DNA of 64,000 nt from Paramoeba atlantica (lineage: Eukaryota; Protista; Discosea). The DNA lies in assembly GCA_977017575.1 (NCBI GenBank), contig CDRNVI010000024.1, forward strand, positions 308,368-372,367, written 5' to 3'. The notes below the pieces were generated by a model. The model searched no databases. It was given only the letters and a program-made list of their open reading frames with translations, and was not told where the DNA came from. Positions 23,990 to 35,500 of this stretch are shown here, in pieces; positions within the stretch are counted from its first letter, which is position 1, and every line of letters starts with the position of its first letter. Position numbers and translations under genes: made by a program.

Positions 23990-24819
23990 TGTTACAAGGC
24001 AGCGCACAAGGTGCCCTACACTATGCACATCACTGGCGAGAAGTGGAGGTGTACTAAAAGGTGCAAGGGAATGTACGCCACTTGGGACCACTCATACCAG
24101 GAAGGGCACAACGGAGCACATAGCAAACTATAAAGTACATAATCTTGTACGCTCGTGGTGGACGACACGTTGATTCGGCAGCGGAGATAGGGCTTAGTAA
24201 GCAGAGCATCGTATCCTTAAGTCAATGGATGGATGGCATGATGGTCACAGCTCACGTTCGCCGGCGTATCAGGAATCGAGGCAGTGTTGATTCCATGCTA
24301 TGTGACAAGACGTTTTTTTCTGTGCGGAAACGTCACCGAGGTTCCCACGGTGCAAAACGTGTGCGAGATGATGGTACAGAAGTTGCACAGACCATTGCTG
24401 TGACTACTCGAACGTACAAATTATCTCAAATATTCATGGAAGTAGTACCTGATCGCAAGGCGAGCACTTTGATTCCTCGCATTGAAGATCTGGCGTGCGG
24501 GGGGAGGACTAGAATTTGGACCGATGGGGCGCGGCACAATATCCGCCTTGGTGAACGTTATAAGTGGAACAGTGTAAATCACCTCCGTCAATGGGTCACG
24601 GCAGAGGGTGTTCACAAGAACACCGTAGAGTGTGCGAATTCTGTGGCGAAAAAGCGCCTGAATCGAAAAGGAAATGTGTTTGGAAGAAAAGTGAGAAGGG
24701 CAGATCGTGTGCAAGCCAATGCTGAAAAATGCAACGGCAGTCTACGATGCAATGGCGGCGATGTGATGCTGCGCATCTTAGAGAATCTGCAAGATCATTG
24801 TCGTTGTATTCATTTGTAA
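23990..24819 (+). pseudogene. Merlin / IS1595-like DDE transposase remnant
   Basis: D(K)TFF..RKRHRG, VPDRKASTLIPRI, IWTDG, SVNH, GVHKNTVE are ISXO2-like motifs. A broken zinc finger CYKAAH...WRCTKRC lies at about 23990-24070. Confidence 0.8.
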
Positions 24820-24833
24820 GTCTTGTGTACGTA

Positions 24834-25551
24834 CTGTCATACCCCCCCACTTTATACTTCCGCCGGTTTCGGTACTTTTGGAAGTAGAAAGGGGGGGGTC
24901 TCACTTTCGGAAGTATAAAGGGGGGGTCTGATTTTTTGAAAAATCCACAAAACAAATGTTTTGAAAAGGGGGCAAAAAAAAAGAATGCGCCGCTTCGCGG
25001 CGCTGGTTTTCTATTATTCTAGATAAAAATCAATCATCTAATCTCCAAACATGCAGGGCATAATAACCCCATCGCGCTTGCGACCACGATAGATTTATTT
25101 TTTTCTGGAAAAAACCGACACCATTCTTCCGGACGGAGCGGATGGTTCGAGATCAGACGCCGTACATCTCGCTGATTTGTTGAGCACTGCTACTCGAATG
25201 ACACACATTCAACTTCTCCTACATTGTTGGGTTCTTTCCTCCTTGGGGTGAGCCGATGGACACTGGTAACGTCGCAGGCTCCGCGCTTGAAACTATTATT
25301 TCGTTGGGAGTCCCAACGCGATGAAGAGGGGTATAATGCTTAACTGACTGTGAGTAATGGCATGGGAACAAATTTATATCTAGGAATACCTCTACACACA
25401 TCTCTAACTTTTAATACAAAAACATGTGGAAAATGGTTTTAAAAAAAATTGACCGGAAGTATAAATGGGGGGGTGCTGATTTTTAGTCGGGATGAAAACG
25501 AAAGTATAAAGGGGGGGTTCACCCCCCTGAAGTATAAAGGGGGGGTGACAG
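24834..25551. mobile_element. TA-flanked MITE with CTGTCA-type TIRs and repeated GAAGTATAAAGGGGGG blocks
   Basis: CTGTCA..CCCCCC.CTTTATACTTC at the left and GAAGTATAAAGGGGGGGTGACAG at the right, TA on both sides. Internal hairpin GCGCCGCTTCGCGGCGC near 24987. Confidence 0.78.
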
Positions 25552-26859
25552 TATTTATGCTGGAATCTAGAAGCTGAAAGTTGTTTTTTCTACTTAAAAC
25601 ATTAAAAAAATTGAAATTTTTGAAAAATGCGAATTTTGCTTTAATAAACAAATTTCTTCCATTTTGTTAACTTTACGATTCTGAAGGTGGTGCTTGAGGT
25701 TTCGTCTTTGCAAACGGTGAACAAGCGTAAGCGTCACAAGGATCCCGAAATCATAAAAGAATGACAGAGTATGCACATTTGCTATTGGAATGAATGGATT
25801 TTATTAAAAAATATTTTTTATCCCACATATTTTCAGCGATCTTTCTTCTTCTTCGAAAGAAATCTTTCTTCTTCTTACGAAAGAAAAACTTACGAATTAT
25901 TCTATGCACTAGAATTCGGGAAACGCGGATTTCACTCGTCCAATACCAGTGATGATATTCCAATACCAAGGATACAATACCATAATATTCCAATACCAAG
26001 GATGATATTCGTACAGTTCATATTTGAGTTCTGTTTTCACACCTCGAATTGCTCGGCTGCTATAATGTCCAGCACTGTTTCAGCGACCGAAACTGGAATA
26101 AACACACATTGCCTATCGTCCAGAACCTTTGGTTTCACATCAACTTTCAGTAATGCATGCTTGATGATTTCCAGAGCGCCTTTGTCTTCAAATCTAATGA
26201 AGAAGCCTTCTGTACTACATACCATAAATTATAATCAGAACCTTGTAGTTCAATATTAATAAAAACATTATTTTCTTGTTCTCATTATACTGGTAGTGAG
26301 TACACATCATCTTGTAACTACCACAGCTTGAATTACCAGAGCTTTAATTACTGATTAAACTACCTGCTTAAATATTTGAGAAAATGGTTGAGCACACTAC
26401 AGAAGCCTTGTACACTGTACATATTATCAGGAATGATAGTCAGCCTACATTCGTATATCTAAACCGCTTTGTATAATTGCCATCATGATGTCAAGTAGTG
26501 CGATCATACGGCAGGATTAGGAAAAGGTCGTTCTCGCATGGGTAATTCGGCCGAAAACTTGGAAAACGTCACCCTGGGAGAGCAAGGTGGTACTGCATCA
26601 ACAACAACAGGTGGAAACAAAGATCTCTTTTTTCGCAAGGGAGGAACTTTTTTCGCAAGGGTGGAACTTTTTCCGCAAGGGAGTGTAGATAAACGTTTCT
26701 AACACACCATAAAATTGTAGTCGTGAACTCCGAAAATTGTGTCGTTACTGGTACGTGATTAAATGCTCACGTATCTTGTAAAACTGAACAACATACCGTC
26801 ACATGACCAGTTAGCATAGTATACACATGCTTTCCACTAACCGAGCGCAAATCAAAGAG

Positions 26860-28758
26860 TCAACCAGAACCGGTACAACGATGCACGCACAGAACAAAAG
26901 TACACGACGTTTCAGGTGCACGATAATCATTTACCAACATAACATAATAACATAAAGGTGTTGGAATCTCTTTTAACATTTTTCCGTTTCGATTTTCTTT
27001 GGTATCGGTTTCATCAGTCGTAGATATCTGATTCAACTGTGCGCAATATGTTCTTTCCTCGGTCAGAAACTCACTCGCGTTAACCCGTATAAGACTCTCA
27101 CAATTGTTTTTCCATGCAACCCGGGCTCTCTGCGCGTAGACGCCCTGGATCTCTTCAATGTGCACAACTGAACGACACAGAGGACAGCGAAACTCATCAG
27201 ACAGCTGATGTGTAGACGTAAGTTCCGAACGACGGACTTTCTGCAAACAACCCTCGTGAAAGTAATGTTTACAAGGCGTGACGACAGCGCTTAGTTTGCC
27301 ACCCGCTCCATCGCTCAGTGGCTCGGTGCACAAACAGCATTCCTCAACCGATGTGGGCGATTCTGCATAGTCAACGTGATAGAGAGAACACACCACATCC
27401 CAAGCCATACGAGGGTCGGGAAGGGGAATAATGCTGTACTGCCCTATCACAGAAAACCCTTGATCAGATGCAGTGTTCTCCGTGCGAGAACTCGATCTCG
27501 TCCTATGCGATTCCAATCTCATTGGTCCGGTTTCGTCGGAAGACATGCTGCTTCCTTCAGACTGGTTATTCGACGGTGCGTCATCCTCCATGGTGACCAC
27601 AATTGTATCTTCCGAACTGGAGGATTCCTCTGTTTCCCAATCCTCGGAGTCACCTTGCGGCGCGGAAGCGTCGCTCGTAGGCTCTTCGCATTGGGGTTCC
27701 TCGCGCTTGTTTGCTCCACGGATGCGCTCTTCTTCTGTACCTTTAGAGGGGCTTAACTCAAGTTTCTTTTTAGTTCTCTTCTCCATTTCGATTTCTTTTT
27801 CCAGACGCTGTGTCTGTACCTTTTCATTTAGCGCTGCCCGATCCCGACAATGGTCTATTAAATGATGAAACAGAAAGTCGGGTACAACAATAATTTTCTT
27901 CCCCACGGGAAAGATCTCAAACTCCATCACATCCTCCATCCATGACGTACCCAACTTATTGCTACACAGTCGAATGTTATGCCCAATATCCCCACACGGG
28001 TAGTACACATCCTCTGATGAGGCCACGAACTCCGCTACAGGATCCGACGAACGTTCTGTCCCCTCTACCTGTGCTTCCTCTACGGGTTTTCTCCCCCTCT
28101 CCCCCTCCCTCCCTGCCCTCGACGGGCGTCTCACCACCCACCTCTCCTCCCCGTCTGCACGAACGATTTCCTCCATCTCCTCTTTCGAGAGTTCCAACAG
28201 AATCGCGGGGTCGTCTCCGACCCAGCTCAGAAAGTGCCGCCAGTGTCGTCGCCAGTGCGTCGTGGCACACCCGAGGCAGAGGTCGAACCCACTGAAGCCG
28301 ACATCGAAGCTCGTCGCGTCGCGCTCCCCGGCGTCATCCACGCACTGGTACCCCAGCACGAGCTTGTGGTCGCACTGGTCACAGATGAGATCCGCGTTGG
28401 GGACCGGCAGCGGGTTGAAGAAGCGAAGCACAATCAGGCCGTACCGCGGGTGGTGGTAGTACATGAGCTCGTGGCAGATGACGTTGTTGGGGAGCGGCAG
28501 GGGGTGGGTGGGCCACAGCGCTTTGCGTCGCACGGAGCGCAGTAGGGTGCGGGCGGCCTCGTGGGCGGAGAGCATGGTGCCGAGGTCGTGGTGCTCGGTG
28601 TCCGCGACACGGCTGATCATGTCGCACATTTCGAGATCCGCGGCACGGGAGGGTTCCGGGAGGTCCGCGAGGAGAACTCGGATTTGGGCGAGGGTGGCGA
28701 GGAGGCGTTCACGAGAGCGCTCGGGGCCCATGTTGAGAACGCGGTTGAAGAGGTTCAT
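26860..28758 (-). CDS. ZZ-like zinc finger plus RING-H2 protein (putative E3 ligase)
   Basis: CDQC...YQC...FDLCLGC at the N-terminus and CCLC...PCKHYFHEGC...CPLC (C3H2C3) near the C-terminus. Confidence 0.82.
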   Translation of the reverse strand: MNLFNRVLNMGPERSRERLLATLAQIRVLLADLPEPSRAADLEMCDMISRVADTEHHDLGTMLSAHEAARTLLRSVRRKALWPTHPLPLPNNVICHELMYYHHPRYGLIVLRFFNPLPVPNADLICDQCDHKLVLGYQCVDDAGERDATSFDVGFSGFDLCLGCATTHWRRHWRHFLSWVGDDPAILLELSKEEMEEIVRADGEERWVVRRPSRAGREGERGRKPVEEAQVEGTERSSDPVAEFVASSEDVYYPCGDIGHNIRLCSNKLGTSWMEDVMEFEIFPVGKKIIVVPDFLFHHLIDHCRDRAALNEKVQTQRLEKEIEMEKRTKKKLELSPSKGTEEERIRGANKREEPQCEEPTSDASAPQGDSEDWETEESSSSEDTIVVTMEDDAPSNNQSEGSSMSSDETGPMRLESHRTRSSSRTENTASDQGFSVIGQYSIIPLPDPRMAWDVVCSLYHVDYAESPTSVEECCLCTEPLSDGAGGKLSAVVTPCKHYFHEGCLQKVRRSELTSTHQLSDEFRCPLCRSVVHIEEIQGVYAQRARVAWKNNCESLIRVNASEFLTEERTYCAQLNQISTTDETDTKENRNGKMLKEIPTPLCYYVMLVNDYRAPETSCTFVLCVHRCTGSG

Positions 28759-29043
28759 GGGGGAATGTAGACAAAGGAAAGAAAGTTTATGTCGAATGGT
28801 TGATATCCATGTTTTTTAGTGATATCATATACAGGACAAAATCACAATATTGGAGAATTTAATGTGCAATCGCGAAAGCATACGACACATAAAGGATCCA
28901 TTTTTGTATTAGCTCAGCTCAAGCAAAGAAGTAGAAAGTTTTAACTAATGATCTCTTAACGGGAAATTAACTTGTAATTTTGACGTAAATTAAAATGTTT
29001 TTCCACAATTACGGACAACAATGGAATATTCAGTTCGTTAATA

Positions 29044-30690
29044 CTACGCTTCGTCAACAGGCGCCGAGGGACCTGAGGATTTGCTCTCCTTTCCCTTTAT
29101 GCCAGAAACGACATCATCAATGCGTAGCATAATACAGGCCGCTTCAACCGCTGTCTTCAAGCACTGAAGTTTCACGACCAAGGGCTCAATCACTTTCAAC
29201 TCTCGTACATCCGAAACCTCTCCGGTAACACCGTCCACTCCCCAAGTGGCGCCCCTACCTGGAGTAGCATGCTTGGCGCGAACTTCAGTGAGTGTTCGTA
29301 TGGTGTTTGCACCACAGTTCTGAATTAGCGTTCGCGGAATCACTTCCAGCGCTTTCGCAACGGCTTGGTAGGCAAGTTGTTCTTCCCCCGCAATGGATTT
29401 CGACTTTTCCATCAGCCGTGAGGAGAGCTCTAACTCCAATGCGCCCGCACCAAACACAACATGGGGAGTCACGAATACATTACGTGCCACACAAAGCGCA
29501 TCGCGTAGATTTCGCTCCGTCTCGTTAAGCACATCCTTGGATGCGCCTCGTAGCACAATACTGCACGCCTTCGGGTTTTCACATTTCTCAAAGTAGGAGA
29601 AGTACTCATCACCGATTTTTCGCACCTCGAAGAGACCGCACTGGGTGCCGACGGCCTCGTCAGTGAGATCCTCTACGGAGCTTACAATTGTAGCCCCGCA
29701 GGCACGTGCCAGGCGGTTGTTATCTGTCTTTCGTAGTCGACGGATCACGGAAACGCCAGCCCGGGCAAGGAAATGAGCTGCCAAATCTGACACTCCCTTT
29801 TCTGTGATGACAATGGATGGTTCATATGCCGCCAGTTTAGAGCACAATCCGCGGATAAAGTCTTCTTCCTGTCGGATTAGCAGTTCAAAATCCGTGTCTT
29901 TGGTTATTTCAACGTTGAAACTTGTCTCAGGCTTCTTGTACTCCAGAGGACAGTCCAGCAGCAGGATGCGTGGGTTCACTATGCGACGACTCATTTTCGG
30001 GTGCACCACATCCTTGTTGAACATCACTCCGACAAGAACCTCACTGTCTTCTAATGAACCTCCTGGGATTTTCTCGATCTTCACATAGCGCTTTAAATCG
30101 ACTTCCAGCGATGCGGAATTTTTCTCTCCCTTCTGGATACATCGGACAGAAGTCACGGCGAGTTTCGACATAATCATATCCTGTCTGGAGGTTACCTTCG
30201 TCCCCACACAGGTACGGATTAGCTCCTGCAGCTTCGTCTCATTTTCCAAATCAATCGTCTCCGACATATCCGGCAGACGAAGAATCTCAAGCCCATCATG
30301 TAGAGCGCGATAAAAGCCTCGGACAATTGTTAGGGGGTGCATGCTGTCTTCCAGGAGTGCGGGACAAAGTCCTAGGAGTTCCCCTGTGAGCACAATCACA
30401 GAGGTGGTGCCATCCCCGACCTCATCATCCTGGACGCGGCTGAGTTCAATCATATGCTTCGCGGAGGGATGCACAACGTCGATTTCACGAAGAATACTAT
30501 TCCCGTCGTTGGTGAGGGTAATGCCCCCCATGGGGTCGAGGACCATTTTCAGCATCGCACAGGGACCCAGAGTGGAACGAATGAGCTCACTGACGGCTTG
30601 GGCGGCCTGGATATTGTTGAGCTGCGCCTTGCGACCACTCTCACGTTGGGTGTTCGCATTGAGGACGACAACAGGCTGGGCCATAGACAT
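29044..30690 (-). CDS. CCT3: Chaperonin CCT/TRiC gamma subunit
   Basis: RESGRKAQ, TNDGNSILREIDV.HP, GDGTTSV, ILLLDCPLEYKK and FGAGA motifs. Confidence 0.95.
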   Translation of the reverse strand: MSMAQPVVVLNANTQRESGRKAQLNNIQAAQAVSELIRSTLGPCAMLKMVLDPMGGITLTNDGNSILREIDVVHPSAKHMIELSRVQDDEVGDGTTSVIVLTGELLGLCPALLEDSMHPLTIVRGFYRALHDGLEILRLPDMSETIDLENETKLQELIRTCVGTKVTSRQDMIMSKLAVTSVRCIQKGEKNSASLEVDLKRYVKIEKIPGGSLEDSEVLVGVMFNKDVVHPKMSRRIVNPRILLLDCPLEYKKPETSFNVEITKDTDFELLIRQEEDFIRGLCSKLAAYEPSIVITEKGVSDLAAHFLARAGVSVIRRLRKTDNNRLARACGATIVSSVEDLTDEAVGTQCGLFEVRKIGDEYFSYFEKCENPKACSIVLRGASKDVLNETERNLRDALCVARNVFVTPHVVFGAGALELELSSRLMEKSKSIAGEEQLAYQAVAKALEVIPRTLIQNCGANTIRTLTEVRAKHATPGRGATWGVDGVTGEVSDVRELKVIEPLVVKLQCLKTAVEAACIMLRIDDVVSGIKGKESKSSGPSAPVDEA

Positions 30691-30818
30691 CGTTGCGAAG
30701 AATTGAAAAGGGAGATGAATACTAAATGATTAAATGTTGTAGTGAAATGATCTTAATGTGTAAAATACACATGTTATACATTAACACAACTCCCTATTAA
30801 ATAAAGTTAGGTCTTGCG

Positions 30819-32009
30819 TCACGCATTAATACCACCCAAGCAACCTCGAAGAGCGTGGGAAATGTGAAACATCGCAATAGCACCGGCCACGCATGCGGGC
30901 AAACCTCTTCCCTTGGCGAATATTTGTTCTTTGTACTTGTCACTGACTATTTGCACAATAAATCGCGCGTGAGGAATTAATGTCTCTGAGGGATATAGGT
31001 TTTCTTGGCAAAGCACCAACAGAATATCTTTTTCAGAACGACGGTTGGCTAAATACGAGAGAAGTGTTTGAGTATCATCAAGAAATATACAGGGTAATTG
31101 TGCTTTGTCCCAGGCATCCTTCCTAACGTCATTGTCCAACAATGAAAAATTCTGCGAAGGGGTGTAAGTTGGTAGCAAAACCAAAATTTCATGTTTCTTT
31201 AGGATATCCTCAATGATAGTAGCATCGTCTAGAAATACAGAATCAACGAAGAAATAAGATCCTACGGCGCCTTGTCGATTAATTTTACGTTTGCCAGAGT
31301 AGTAGACTGTTTTGATACCAAAGGCGTTGGCATTACGGATGCTTCCTCCGAGAGTTCTAAAATCTATAGTATTTTCGTAATAGATGGAAAAATTTCCTAA
31401 TCGATTTTTCTTTGCATATTTAAGCACGTCTGTATTCGGACGTTGATAAAGAGATGGTCGAACGGGGCGCAAATCTCCGTTTCGTTCCGGCCGTTTTTCA
31501 GCAAAGTCGTCGCACATGAAATTTTGCGTCGCAGAAGTATTCCCTATTATTAAGCGGCTTCGGGATACGTTGTGTGAAATGTGCAGGCAATGCAACGCGA
31601 TGGCTAACGCCGTGACGACGTTCAGTGAGGAAATGGTTCCCTGTTGAGGAATGTAAACGGTGTCATCAGAGCTAGAAATGGTAGCTGAACTCACACCGGC
31701 ATTCTCATCGCCAATTACCAGCGAACAGAGTGGAGGCCAGGCATAGCGCAGTATATTTTGAGCTCCCTCAATGTAGTTCTCAAGGGCAACTTTTTTCCCA
31801 GCAAGCACATTGATCTCGTTATGTTCGTTGAATTTTTTGCATATCGTCCTCTCGGTTTCTACCATTCCATCTGTGCCAAATCTTGCAATCACTGAAGGTT
31901 CCGCAGAATCCGAGTTGCTCGGCTTATGATGCCACAGTCCTTGGACATCGGAAAATCCGTTTCTTAAACTCGAAAAGACGGGTGGAGCAGTTTGAAAAAA
32001 GAGACACAC
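30819..32009 (-). CDS. SPOUT (SpoU/TrmH-like) RNA methyltransferase with two SPOUT-like halves
   Basis: LVIGDENAGVS...VYIPQQGTISSLNVVTALAIALH, then a second degenerate unit GGSIRNANAFG...GLPACVAGAIAMFH. The 5' end is uncertain. Confidence 0.72.
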   Translation of the reverse strand: MCLFFQTAPPVFSSLRNGFSDVQGLWHHKPSNSDSAEPSVIARFGTDGMVETERTICKKFNEHNEINVLAGKKVALENYIEGAQNILRYAWPPLCSLVIGDENAGVSSATISSSDDTVYIPQQGTISSLNVVTALAIALHCLHISHNVSRSRLIIGNTSATQNFMCDDFAEKRPERNGDLRPVRPSLYQRPNTDVLKYAKKNRLGNFSIYYENTIDFRTLGGSIRNANAFGIKTVYYSGKRKINRQGAVGSYFFVDSVFLDDATIIEDILKKHEILVLLPTYTPSQNFSLLDNDVRKDAWDKAQLPCIFLDDTQTLLSYLANRRSEKDILLVLCQENLYPSETLIPHARFIVQIVSDKYKEQIFAKGRGLPACVAGAIAMFHISHALRGCLGGINA

Positions 32010-32582
32010 GCGTATGAAATTCGTGTGGTTGAGCGCCGTGCGGCAGCCCTGAGCGATCGGAGTGCAAAAAAGGCCTTGCTTCTCGGGCCATGCTAGATTT
32101 CTCGACCAGGCGGTAACACTCTGAACGAACGGATTTTTAGCCTTCAGTGTTCTTAGTATCTCTCGGAGATAGGAAGTTTAAAAGATGAAGAGCATGTTAC
32201 AACAGAAAGTCTTCAAAGTTGAAAGAACTAATCTAAATCTCGGATCTACATATTACACTAACTAGGAATAATTATTTTTAGATTAGAGGTAAGAAATCAT
32301 GCACAACTACGACTAATTCAAGTAGAAATTTTTCAGAAACACAAAACATACTTAACGCAGAAAAATAGATTCAGGAATAGAGTTTAGTTTGATACTAAAA
32401 TAAAATTGCGTTGAAAGTCATGTTACAGTGTGTTCGTTTAAACGCAAAAGTGTGTATGTTGAAAGGAATAGATGCGAAAACAGAATTCAACCCAGTAGAA
32501 CCCAGTAGAAAAGCTGTCCAACAAGTCCACCCAAGATTAAAATTTATCTTCAAGATTCATGCATGAGGGGAATTTGTTTAGG

Positions 32583-35500
32583 TTAAGTATTTTGATCTTT
32601 TGACATTTTCTCAGATGAATCCCTTGTCTCGCGTTTGCGGTCTTTCGGCTTCCGAGATCGCATCTCCAATAGAGGATGAAGGTATTCCTGATTCATCTTT
32701 TCCATTGTAAAAGTCTTGCTCTCCGTCCACATGTTGCGATAAATGGATATTCCTTCCAATGTTTCGTCGTCAATGTCCCAGGATGATACCGTAACAGCAA
32801 AGAGTAGTCGACTCATAGTTTCCATTGCAGTACTGACGTAGGACTGAGCCGTGGTAACCCCCGATAAATGCTCAATAGCTCTTTTTTCATAAAACTCGCT
32901 CAAATCCTTGCTGTCGGACGCCAGAAATGTCAATAATCGGTATCTTCTCCACAAATGTCTCCGCCTCTTGATGCTTCCTAAAAGCCTGGCCCGTGGCCAT
33001 GCTACTGTATACGTGTTCACTATTTCTTGCCATTTCGTGTTCGCTGGTGCGTTTCGAGGAATCGGAAGCAACTCGTCACAGAGAGCTGCGAGGGATTCAA
33101 GAAACACCCCAAACGCACTGGTATCAACCCAAACATGCTGAAAATAAAACCGATACCCAGACTTAAACACAGCTGTGTCATGTGACCGATCTTCCCACTT
33201 TCCATGACACTCCGTCACCGCGACCGTGACATCCACATTGGGGAAACACGCCGCTGTGTGGGTTAACAGCAACGCAGGAAATTTCGTATCCTGCAGATGT
33301 ACCTTCCGTGCCACCGTGGAACGAAAATCGACATCCACATAGAGTCGAAACAGCTCCGAGCGCACCTCCTCGACACAGAATGGTGTCTGGTCAGCGTGTC
33401 GTATGGCACTCTCCCACTGCAGGAGATACGAACCTAATTTATTTTTTGGGATATGATACATCGCCCCTCGTTGTGACACGTGCGTGGGTTGAGGCCTTGC
33501 GAGTTCCAGCACGGTGTTCTCAGCCATCCACTTCTCTAGACCATCACGCGGCCAATAACTCTCTGGAGCTTTTTTCGAGGTCCCGGGGAGAGTTTCCAGG
33601 ACCATGGGAGGGGGAAGCTCCGGTTCCGGGGGAAAGTCTTCTAAGTTGTCCACGGAGGGAACTGTGACAAGGGGAGAGGCGGTGACCGAGGAAGGAGAGG
33701 ATTGTGATAATGCGCCAAGAGCTACGGAATGGATTATGTTACAGCATTGATGGCTGCTCTCACGATACACCAGATGAAGGTGCGTGACCTCAAAGATAAG
33801 AGGGACCCAATTCGCGAATAGCTCGGCGCGAACACGCTCGGCCTCCTCAGGGGGGTATTGACCAATGGAGAGTAGCGCGGGGCTGTGGTCGACAGTACAC
33901 ATGGAGTAGGCCCAGAGCAGAAGCTCACGTAATTTGTGGACCGCGGCCTCAAAGGGGGGCAGGGGTTCCAGTTTCAACCCTACGGTGGTACGCCCGAAAT
34001 TTGCCTTGGAGTCAAAGTTGTGAAGCCGCGCGCGAAAAGGAGGACAGCGGGCGGCGATGGATGAAAGAGCTTTCATAACAACGGGGAGCTGTTCGCCTTG
34101 TAAAGATATAAAAGGATGGCAGATCTTTATATGGGGCATCCAACGAGGATAATAAGGATCACCATTAAGTCTCAGTTTGTCTATAGATTTCCACGTTCCC
34201 ACGGGTGGCAAAATGACAACCGCGGTATTTGAATCCAGTTGGACTGGGCGCACAAAGGGCTGGAAAGATTCTTCCATGTGTATTACAGATCGTACAGCAT
34301 AGTGACTACTCAGGAATAACCCACTTGCATCCGGAGTTCTTGCTACAATCTGGGTTTCCGTAGGAATCAGCAGACCACGCACCATTATACGATCCAGACG
34401 GCGTGATTCCTTTCGTGGTCCACATGACAAATGTGACAGTGGGTTATTTTCATAGTCAAAGGTAACACCTGCCTCGCTTCCTCGGAGAGTCTTCCAGCTG
34501 TCCAGAAAAGCGGCTAAAGGCTCCGACGTTGTCTCAGTATCTGCGTCACCAAAGTTAAAATCGCCGAGAAGAATCTGATCAGTGCCATCTGTAAAGGTTT
34601 TGCATATTGCAGCTAACTCTTCGACACGTCTTGAGCTGGATTCGCGGGCAAAATCACTAATTAACTGAATGTTTGCTATTGAAAGCGTGCGGTTCTTCTG
34701 GGATTCCAATACTATGAATACAGCATGCTTTTGGGGTGAGAGACGAAGTACTTGAGCGTTCGAAATTTTGAGCCTAGAGAGAATAACTTGCCCGATAGCA
34801 ACGTCAGAAGGTAAATATGTCAGAGAATACTGAGATATCAAGGGTTCATAATCCGATAAAGCCTTCCAAAACTTGGGCGTAATTTCCTGAAGCGCAATGA
34901 TATCACAGTTGCTTAAAGCCAGAAACTTAAGTTGTAAAGGGAGTCGCTCTTCGCTCCTACGCAAATTATTTTCATCAAAGAGATCACACAAAACATTCCA
35001 ACTTAACAACGAAAGCGAACTTTTACTGAGGCATCTGTTTTGAGGGCACGTCAACATTTGCAATGACTCTACTAATGGATATCCTCCATGAGTCTTAAAT
35101 GGGCGCGATAGATGAATATTTTGGAAACTTTGTGGCTTCGAAACTGTAGCGGAATTTTCGACTGATTTATCTTTCGATGTCATAAATATTTCATCTGCGA
35201 ATGGCGCGCCAGAGCTTAGTTGTGCACTTTCTGTTGCCAAAGGTATGGAATTCGACGCGGTTATGTTTAAAGGCTTTTCGAAAGGGTTTTTCTTTCCTGT
35301 GCTTTGAGTTGATTTCGGCCGCATGGGAATCTGGCTTTTGTGTTGGTCCACGGAAAACCGAAATGTTTGGCATATCACAAAAAGCATGCATTCCCCAGGA
35401 AGAATGTCGCTAAGCACATCGTTGCATCGCAAGTAGCATTCCTCAAGATGGGGATCAATGTCTAGATGAATTGAGATCGTATGGTGTGGATATTCGTCAG

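Noticed and set aside
25195-25220. tRNA/B-box-like GGTTCGAGATC
   Set aside because: It does not fit GTTCRANNC and has no cloverleaf. No tRNA, rRNA or snRNA was recognised anywhere in the window.
32178-32180. Stop-codon reassignment (Blastocrithidia-type) suggested by the in-frame TAA
   Set aside because: All long genes are free of internal stops and end normally on TAA, TAG or TGA.
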